A stretch of 64,000 nt of DNA from Coraliomargarita sp. (GTDB lineage Bacteria > Verrucomicrobiota > Verrucomicrobiia > Opitutales > Coraliomargaritaceae), in assembly GCA_965216325.1 (NCBI GenBank), contig OZ244160.1, positions 192,001 to 256,000 of the forward strand, read 5' to 3'. Positions within the stretch are counted from its first letter, which is position 1; every line of letters starts with the position of its first letter. The notes beneath the pieces are model-generated. The model was not told where the DNA came from and searched no databases. It saw only the letters and a list, made by a program, of their open reading frames with translations. The translations under genes were made by a program, and so were the position numbers. Below, one piece after another: positions 56,581-64,000 of the stretch.

Positions 56581-58143
56581 CTATTTTCGGTTCTTTATAT
56601 AGTCCAGTGCCTGGCTGACTGGAAGTTCGTCGCTCGAAGGGCCGTTGCGAATAAAGAAACTTTCGCCCTTGGTGTGCTTGAGGAAGACTGGTTCGTCGGA
56701 GCGTTGACATTCGGCAATGCCGACCAGTTTGCCGTCGAGAGTGACCGTGCGGAACTCGATGTATTTGGAGAACTCAGCGCCGATCTGTGCCGCGATCAGA
56801 TTTTTGAAATGGAGTTGTGCGTGGTCTTCGCTTTCGAACTTGTCGGCTTCAAGGCCGAGTATCTCGCCATCGTCCGAGACGCCGAGCAGTAGGGTGCCGC
56901 CATCGGTGTTGAGAAATGCGGCCACGCCCTTGAGCCATGCGGTTTCGATTTCCTTGCCCGGCTTGTTGGTGTGGAGGTTGGTCCGCATGGTGGACTTAAA
57001 CTCGCGGCGTTTACTTTCGCCACGCTTAATCATGTCTTGGACGCTCTCGATGGCTTTTGCGGGGTCGAACGGGACCGTTGGGCCTCCGCGGTGGCCAATT
57101 TGGCGCCTAGCCAAAACAAAGCTGAATGCAGCAGCGACCACTACCGCGAGCATGCCGAAGCCCATCAGCATACTGCGTCGTTCGCTTACCCCTTGTATGG
57201 TGTCTTGCTCGGGAACCATGACGCCCACCCATACATTCTGTTCGGGGTTGAGAGGACGAAAACCACACCACCAGACCTTACCACCGTGTCGGACTGCGAT
57301 GATTTTTTTCTCCTCGGAGGTATTTCGCCATGCCGAGTGTGCCTTCTTCGCCAGCTCATTATCGCTCTCTTGCATCGAAGTAAAGGCAGCGCCGTTCTCG
57401 GGATGCGTAGTATACATAGCCTCGTCACGGCGCAGAATCATGATCTGGCTGTTGGGGCTAGGCTGCATGTCTTGGATGCTGGCGTAGAGGTTCTGTAGAG
57501 AAAGGTCGAAGGCGATTACCAGTTGGTAACCTTCGGGGTTCTCCAGTTGTATTGAGCTGGACGCGGTGAGGCCGACGATCTTGTGCGTGAAGAAAATGTA
57601 GGCATCGGTCCAATACACCTCATCGGTACTGAGTGCTGGGTAAAACCACGGGCGGCTTCGAGCGTCGTAGTGACTGACTTCTCTGGTTTCGTTGAGCAGT
57701 TCGTCGCCATTCCAGATTTTGGTGACAGCCTGACGCTCGCCGTTCTTGATTCGGGTGTAGGTTGTCGTGATCGGGCCGTCGGCATCCGTGATGTAGTAGC
57801 TGCGACCATCGGTATCGGCGATGGAGAGGCCAAAGTGCTGACTGTCCTGCTGGATCAGTGGGAAGAGCAGGTGGTTCATCGCTTCGGGATCGTCCAAGGT
57901 CAGTAGCTCGGATTGAGCCCACTGGCGCACGATACGCACGGCATTGCTGGTCGCAGTTCCGACGATCCGAAACTCATTTGTTGCGCGGTCGGTTGACTGC
58001 TCAATGTAGGTGCTGGAGACATCCCGTTGCGCCTTACTCGCAAAATAAAGCGCAGGACCTAAGCCGACAAGGGTAAGGACGGCCAGCCCGATTATAAAAT
58101 CGCGCAGGAAGGTCTTGAGCAGAGTAGATTGTTTACGGGTCAT
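56581..58143 (-). CDS. Membrane protein: periplasmic dCache sensor fused to a cytoplasmic Schlafen/AlbA_2 domain
   Basis: TM1; YDARSRPWF...WTDAY...GLTAS...AFD Cache motifs; TM2; GESKRREFKST, AFLNTDGGTLLLGVSDDG, FFIRNGPSS. Confidence 0.85.
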   Translation of the reverse strand: MTRKQSTLLKTFLRDFIIGLAVLTLVGLGPALYFASKAQRDVSSTYIEQSTDRATNEFRIVGTATSNAVRIVRQWAQSELLTLDDPEAMNHLLFPLIQQDSQHFGLSIADTDGRSYYITDADGPITTTYTRIKNGERQAVTKIWNGDELLNETREVSHYDARSRPWFYPALSTDEVYWTDAYIFFTHKIVGLTASSSIQLENPEGYQLVIAFDLSLQNLYASIQDMQPSPNSQIMILRRDEAMYTTHPENGAAFTSMQESDNELAKKAHSAWRNTSEEKKIIAVRHGGKVWWCGFRPLNPEQNVWVGVMVPEQDTIQGVSERRSMLMGFGMLAVVVAAAFSFVLARRQIGHRGGPTVPFDPAKAIESVQDMIKRGESKRREFKSTMRTNLHTNKPGKEIETAWLKGVAAFLNTDGGTLLLGVSDDGEILGLEADKFESEDHAQLHFKNLIAAQIGAEFSKYIEFRTVTLDGKLVGIAECQRSDEPVFLKHTKGESFFIRNGPSSDELPVSQALDYIKNRK

Positions 58144-58185
58144 TTCCTGAGAGAAACGACAGGGGATAGCCGAAAAAGTTGCTGC

Positions 58186-59166
58186 TTACATAAAGTAGCG
58201 AACGTAGGCGCGGTTGCGCAAATCTTCGATCCAGCGCTCCTGAGTTTCACGGGCGATGTCGCCAACGAGAATGTCTTCAATGGTATCGCGCACCTCGCTG
58301 ATTGGCTGGATGCCTTCTTCACGCTTGTCCTCGCAGTAGAGGATGAAAACAGTGCCGTTGAGTTCGATTGGTTGGCTGTGTGCGCCTGGCTCTAGGTCGA
58401 ACGCGACATCGCTCAACTCCTTACGAATATCTTCGCGCTCCAGCCAGCCCCAATCACCACCGCGACGGCTCATTTCGTCCTGACTATACTTCCGGGCCAG
58501 ATCGCTGAAGTTTGTGCCTTCATCGAGTTCAGTCATGATCTTCTTCGCGGTTTGGCCGAGTAGGTCGAGACCTTCGTCCGCCATCGGGGTGAGGATGATC
58601 TGGCGCAGGTGCATGGACTCGTTCTGATAGAACTTGATCTTGTTACGCACGTAGAAGGCCTCGATGCGCTCAGGGCTCATTTCGGACTGCGACTTGCGGT
58701 TTTGCTGACGCATCACGTTAACCGTCACGCGCTTGCGAATCGATTCGCGGTATTCGCGTGGTGTCTGGCCCTGGGCTTTCAAATACTGGAGGAAACGCGC
58801 GCGGTCGCCGCCGAAGTCCCGCTGAAGTACGTCGTTATATTCCTGATCGATATAGGATTGTGGAATGAGCAGGCCCTTGTTTTCCGCTTCTTTCACAATG
58901 ATGATGCGGTCGATCATGTTCTGCAGTACTTCCTTGCTGAGCTCGTCGATGCGGCGGCGGAAGTCCTGTTCATTGCGAGATTCTACGCGGAGGCGTGGGA
59001 TGATTGGTTCCAGCTCGCGGCGCAGCTCTTCGACCGTAATGATCTGACCTTCGGCGATGGCGGCGATGCCGTTGCCGAGGCGAAGCATGTCGCGGGATTG
59101 TTGCGCGGAGGCAGAAAGTGTCAGGCCGAGAACGGCGAATAGGGCGATTAGGCGTGGAAAGGTCAT
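58186..59166 (-). CDS. SurA-like parvulin peptidyl-prolyl isomerase
   Basis: Signal peptide, [22 protein letters not shown]...GGDWGW. Confidence 0.85.
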   Translation of the reverse strand: MTFPRLIALFAVLGLTLSASAQQSRDMLRLGNGIAAIAEGQIITVEELRRELEPIIPRLRVESRNEQDFRRRIDELSKEVLQNMIDRIIIVKEAENKGLLIPQSYIDQEYNDVLQRDFGGDRARFLQYLKAQGQTPREYRESIRKRVTVNVMRQQNRKSQSEMSPERIEAFYVRNKIKFYQNESMHLRQIILTPMADEGLDLLGQTAKKIMTELDEGTNFSDLARKYSQDEMSRRGGDWGWLEREDIRKELSDVAFDLEPGAHSQPIELNGTVFILYCEDKREEGIQPISEVRDTIEDILVGDIARETQERWIEDLRNRAYVRYFM

Positions 59167-62100
59167 GTGCGCGCGTGGCGTTGTAAAAACTTTGAAATTT
59201 CGGCCAACCTTAGAAGGGGATTCTTGGCGGTCAAGCGGGGAAAGCGGCTGCCGCTTTTTAGGAATTCCTTCTTGGGGCTGGGATTCGCCAGTCTGCAGAT
59301 CAGTCGGTCGCCCTCGGTTTCGACGCGACGCACCCCCGCCAGCTCAGCCAACACGCGGACTTTGCTCACGGCCAGTAGATGTTCGCTCGCTTTGGGCAAT
59401 TTGCCAAAGCGGTCCTCGAGTTCGTCGCCGATGGCACTAATTGTGTCGACTTGCTCCGCGAGGGCGAGGCGGCGGTAGAGATCGATCCGTAGGCGCGGTT
59501 CGGCAATATAATCGACGGGCAGTGCGGCCTCGACCACTTTTGCCTGCCGGTTGCCGTATTCGGCTTCCTTGATGGCTGCGAAGCTGTGTGTGCCGGTCGT
59601 GCTGCGGCGGGCGCTGGCACCTTCGCCGCTGGCGATAAAGTCGAGCTTCACTTCGGCTCGAATGCGGTCCGCGCCGGGCTCGCCCTTGAGGCGGGCAACG
59701 CTCTGCGTGAGCAACTGACAGTAGAGCTCGAATCCAACACCTGCGATGTGACCGCTCTGTTGCGAGCCGAGTAGGTTGCCCGCGCCGCGGAGTTCCAAGT
59801 CGCGCATCGCGATACGGAATCCGGCCCCGAGCTGGTTGTGTTGCTTGAGTGCGTTGAGTCGCTTTTGAGCTTGATCAACCAGTGCCGCGTGACGGTGGAG
59901 TAGGAGATAGGCGTAGGCTTGGCGTTTAAAACGGCCCACGCGTCCACGAATTTGATAGAGCTGCGCGAGCCCAAAGCGGTCGGCCCCTTCAATGATCAGC
60001 GTATTGCAATTTGGGATATCGATGCCGGACTCGATGATCGTGGTGCAGACCAGCACGTCAAAATCACCGGCGACGAATTTGGTCATGATTTTCTCGAGCT
60101 GACCTTCTTCCATCTGCCCGTGCCCGACGGCTACCTTGAGGCGCGGGTGCATCTCGCGGATGGTGTTGGCGACACCCTCAATCGTGCTGACACGGTTGTG
60201 CAGGTAAAACACCTGACCGCCGCGATCGGTTTCGGCCTGAATCGCGCTTTTAATGAGGTCGAGGTCGTAGCTTTTGACCACGGTCTCGATCGGACGACGG
60301 TCCACGGGTGGTGTTTCAATCACGCTCATTGCCCGTGCGCCGGCCATCGCTAGATACAGTGTGCGCGGAATCGGCGTTGCGCTGAGGGTGAGAATGTCGA
60401 CGTCAGCGCGCAGGCGCTTGATCGCTTCCTTTTGTTTGACGCCAAAGCGTTGTTCCTCGTCCACGACTAGCAGGCCAAGGTTTTGAAAGTGCACGTCTTT
60501 GCTGAGCAGGCGATGGGTGCCGATTACGATGTCGATACGGCCTTCGGCGAGGTTGGCGATGATTTCCTTGTTTTGCTTCGTGCTGCGGAAGCGGCTTACC
60601 ATGTCGATAATGATGGGGAACTGCGCCATGCGCTCACGGAAGGTATTGAAGTGTTGCTGGCAGAGCACCGTGGTCGGCACCAGCACCGCGACCTGCTTGC
60701 CCGCAAGCACCGCCTTGAGCGCAGCGCGGATCGCGACCTCGGTCTTACCAAAGCCCACGTCCCCGCAGATCAAGCGATCCATTGGTAGTGGCTTTTCCAT
60801 GTCCTCCTTGGTGGCGTCGATGGCGTGTAGTTGATCGGGCGTCTCTTTGTAGGGGAAGGCATCCTCGAAGGACTTTTGCCAGAGGTGGTCGGGTGGGAAG
60901 GCATAGCCACCAGCGTTTTCACGCTGTGCGTGCAGGTTGAGCAACTCGGCGGCGTAGTCGAGGGTTGCGATTTCAGCAGCCCCGCGGGTCTTGTCCCACG
61001 CGGCTCCGCCAATCTTGCCGAGTTTGGGTAGGCTCTTAGTGAGGCCGACGTAGCGGGTAAGGAGGTGCGACTCGTGCAGGGGCACGTGAATCGTCATATC
61101 GTCGGCAAACTCGACCGAAATGACTTCCTTGGTGCCGCCTTGAATATCCAGCTTGGTCAGGCCACGGAATAGGCAGATGCCGTGTTGCAAGTGCACCAGT
61201 GGGTCCCCATCGGCCAGTTCGGTGAAGTCGAGCATCTGATCGACCTGTGAGATCGTTGGACGGGCGCGCTCCTTGCGAGTGTGCAACTTGCGGCGGCGGG
61301 TGCCGAAGTATTCGCTTTGGGTGATGAGGACGAAGCCGGAGGAGGTTGGGGTCCCGGCTTTAGCCGGCTTCGAGCTAGATATAAAACCGCCTAAAGGCGG
61401 GACCCCAACCTTATCCTGACGAAAGATAAACCCAGCGCCAATGTTGCCTTGCAGATACTGAGGCTTGAGCTTCGCGGTCAGCGGATTGTCAGCCAGCAGA
61501 TCTTTGATGCGCTCGGCTTCGCTTGCGTTTTGAGTGGCGAAGCAAAGCTGTAACTGGTCTTGCTTGGCCCAGTCGGCCAGCTGGCTTTCGAATTTTGAAC
61601 GGGTGCTTTGCTCCGATTCGAAGCGGTCGAAGCCGACCTGAGTCGCGTCCGTGTGCAGTCGGTAGTTTTCGGTGGCCTCGGTGGAGAGGCCAATGCGTTC
61701 GGCATCTTTAAAGAGCTCCGGCGCTGTATCCACTTCGCAAATACCGAAGTATTGGTCGTCTGCGGGTGCACGGTCGGCTATGACTTTATAGAAGCTGCGC
61801 TGGTTGTTTTTTTCGAAGCGTAGGGGGTGTTCCCGCACCAATAGGGCGGGGTCTTCGAGGAGCCATTGGATGGATTCAATGGGAAGGTAATCGATAAGGT
61901 TGCCTTCACTGGAGGAGGCCGTGCTTTCGTTGCCAATGGCTGCGGCGATACTGATCGATTGCACCGGATGGGTTGTGCGCTGCGAGGCTGGATCAAAGCT
62001 ACGGATGCTCTCGATCTCGTCGCCGAAGAAGTCGATGCGGTAGGGCTCGTTGGCGTCGTAGGGGTAGATATCGATCAATCCGCCGCGGGTCGCCAGTTGC

Positions 62101-62594
62101 CCCGGATGTTCGCAGAGTGCCTCCGCGTCGTAGTTGAGTTCGTCGGTGAGCCGACTGATTAGCTCGGTGAAGGGCAGTTCATCACCGACATTGAGTTTGA
62201 TTTGCTGGCTCTCGAACTGGCTGCGCTTGGGGCAGGCACCTAGGAGAGCTTCGGGTGTAGCGATGAGGACCTGCTTGCTAGAACTCGGTTGAAGTAGGGC
62301 GCTGAGCACAGCGAGGCGTTCGCAGATGCGGTCGGCACGGCGATTGACGTCGATGTCGGGCGGGGGTTCTTCGGGGAAGTGATGCACCGCCATCGTCTCG
62401 GCTTGTCCCAACCAGCTTGCAAAGGTTTCGGCCTCGGCTGCAGTGCTTTCAGCGCGGCGTGGGTTGGCGACCAAGGCCACTGTGAGCTCGACAGAACTCT
62501 CGCGGCAGAGGCTTGCGTAGAGTGCAGCGCGTGCTTCAAGGCAGACGCCGTGTAGCAACTGGGCCTTGCTTAACTCTGGAGGTGATTTGGGCAT
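59163..62594 (-). CDS. mfd: Transcription-repair coupling factor
   Basis: [65 protein letters not shown]. Confidence 0.97.
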   Translation of the reverse strand: MPKSPPELSKAQLLHGVCLEARAALYASLCRESSVELTVALVANPRRAESTAAEAETFASWLGQAETMAVHHFPEEPPPDIDVNRRADRICERLAVLSALLQPSSSKQVLIATPEALLGACPKRSQFESQQIKLNVGDELPFTELISRLTDELNYDAEALCEHPGQLATRGGLIDIYPYDANEPYRIDFFGDEIESIRSFDPASQRTTHPVQSISIAAAIGNESTASSSEGNLIDYLPIESIQWLLEDPALLVREHPLRFEKNNQRSFYKVIADRAPADDQYFGICEVDTAPELFKDAERIGLSTEATENYRLHTDATQVGFDRFESEQSTRSKFESQLADWAKQDQLQLCFATQNASEAERIKDLLADNPLTAKLKPQYLQGNIGAGFIFRQDKVGVPPLGGFISSSKPAKAGTPTSSGFVLITQSEYFGTRRRKLHTRKERARPTISQVDQMLDFTELADGDPLVHLQHGICLFRGLTKLDIQGGTKEVISVEFADDMTIHVPLHESHLLTRYVGLTKSLPKLGKIGGAAWDKTRGAAEIATLDYAAELLNLHAQRENAGGYAFPPDHLWQKSFEDAFPYKETPDQLHAIDATKEDMEKPLPMDRLICGDVGFGKTEVAIRAALKAVLAGKQVAVLVPTTVLCQQHFNTFRERMAQFPIIIDMVSRFRSTKQNKEIIANLAEGRIDIVIGTHRLLSKDVHFQNLGLLVVDEEQRFGVKQKEAIKRLRADVDILTLSATPIPRTLYLAMAGARAMSVIETPPVDRRPIETVVKSYDLDLIKSAIQAETDRGGQVFYLHNRVSTIEGVANTIREMHPRLKVAVGHGQMEEGQLEKIMTKFVAGDFDVLVCTTIIESGIDIPNCNTLIIEGADRFGLAQLYQIRGRVGRFKRQAYAYLLLHRHAALVDQAQKRLNALKQHNQLGAGFRIAMRDLELRGAGNLLGSQQSGHIAGVGFELYCQLLTQSVARLKGEPGADRIRAEVKLDFIASGEGASARRSTTGTHSFAAIKEAEYGNRQAKVVEAALPVDYIAEPRLRIDLYRRLALAEQVDTISAIGDELEDRFGKLPKASEHLLAVSKVRVLAELAGVRRVETEGDRLICRLANPSPKKEFLKSGSRFPRLTAKNPLLRLAEISKFLQRHART
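61343..61411. repeat. 69-bp REP-like palindromic element within the mfd coding sequence
   Basis: 25-bp arms AGGTTGGGGTCCCGGCTTTAGCCGG / CCGCCTAAAGGCGGGACCCCAACCT (23/25). Confidence 0.85.
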
Positions 62595-62706
62595 AGCTAA
62601 GGTGAGACCCCTTCCACCTGGCAAGCAGGTGACCTCCTCTTAGCAGGGGAGGGGCTCAAACTCCCCTCCTTGTTGAGGTGGGGTGGTGCTTTTCTAGGCT
62701 GAGCAT

Positions 62707-63381
62707 CTACAATTTTTCCAGCGCATCGGCGGCTGCCGCGATTTCAGCCGCCTTCTTGGAACTGCCGCTGCCTTGACCCAGCTGTTCGCCATTTAGATAG
62801 ACGGCTGCTTCGTAATGGCGGGCGTGGTCGGGGCCTTCGGCTTTGATCAATTGGTACTCAGGCTTTGCGCCATTGTGAGCGCTCTGGCTCCATTCTTGTA
62901 AGCGACTCTTGGGAGTGCCGTTTGCGAACTGCTTGCCTGCAGTGGTGATGTCGTTGCCAAAGATACGCAGCACGCTGGTCTTTGCGGCGGAGAGTCCACC
63001 ATCCAAATAGATTGCGCCGATCAGCGCCTCGATCGCGTCTTCCAGCATGCGGTCGCTCGGATCGGGGTGGTGTTTGCGTTGTGCGTCGCTCACTTCAAGG
63101 AGTTGAGCCAAGCCAAGTTCGCGCGCTTTGGGTGCCAGCGCACGGCCATTGACCAGACTGGCGCGCATCCGGTCGAGTGCGCCTTCTTCGAGTTCGGGGA
63201 ATGCGTCATAGAGTGCTTCGGCGATGATCAAGTCGAGCACCGCGTCGCCTAAAAATTCAAGTCGTTGATTGTCATGCACTCCGAGGCCAAGGCTCGGGTG
63301 CTTGAGGGCAAGCTCGAGCAGATCACGATTTTTAAATCGGTGATCAATTTGTGACATCAGCTGGTCGAAATTGGTCTGCAT
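62707..63381 (-). CDS. rnc: Ribonuclease III
   Basis: [24 protein letters not shown], dsRBD (KSRLQE, GPDH, SKKAAE). Confidence 0.96.
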   Translation of the reverse strand: MQTNFDQLMSQIDHRFKNRDLLELALKHPSLGLGVHDNQRLEFLGDAVLDLIIAEALYDAFPELEEGALDRMRASLVNGRALAPKARELGLAQLLEVSDAQRKHHPDPSDRMLEDAIEALIGAIYLDGGLSAAKTSVLRIFGNDITTAGKQFANGTPKSRLQEWSQSAHNGAKPEYQLIKAEGPDHARHYEAAVYLNGEQLGQGSGSSKKAAEIAAAADALEKL

Positions 63382-63511
63382 TGCTAAATTTTAATGAACT
63401 TGGCTTTACGGCTTGCGCCAGCAAGGGGATTTTATTGGCTGTTTATTAGTTCATTCACCTCCCGCAGGCAACCGTTGGGAGACGATTTTACCCGCTACGA
63501 ATACCTTTCCA

Positions 63512-64000
<489 letters not shown>

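Overview
A 64-kb bacterial chromosomal window, probably from a Verrucomicrobiota (Opitutales-like) organism; this is inferred from gene content and was not searched. It is mostly housekeeping: a K/A-rich histone-like tail, aspC, monomeric icd, miaA, rnd, queF, gdhA, fabZ/fabI, type II glutamine synthetase, holB/tmk, an ExbBD-TonB-like trio, menD/menB, a SurA-like PPIase, mfd, rnc and a PhoH-like gene, plus two tRNA-Asp and one tRNA-Ala. Accessory parts include an IS1380-family element abutting a GH43 gene, a Gld-like ABC operon, an ECF/anti-sigma pair and an MhqR-like MarR-DoxX-pirin-nitroreductase cluster. The most notable items are: (1) a membrane protein fusing a periplasmic amino-acid-type dCache sensor to a cytoplasmic Schlafen/AlbA_2 domain that keeps its acidic catalytic-type motif; (2) a periplasmic nitrate reductase island with a tandem tetraheme NapB, no NapC/NapH, and a divergent cytochrome c/4Fe-4S/NrfD (DsrOP-like)/Rrf2 module across a perfect 19-bp inverted repeat; (3) a REP-like palindrome translated in frame inside mfd; (4) a GxxExxY gene bracketed by inverted repeats between menD and menB; (5) an Mpv17-like gene coupled to tmk; (6) tRNA-Asp 3'-end repeats and many small palindromic repeat families. 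All product calls come from motif recognition by eye, not database searches.
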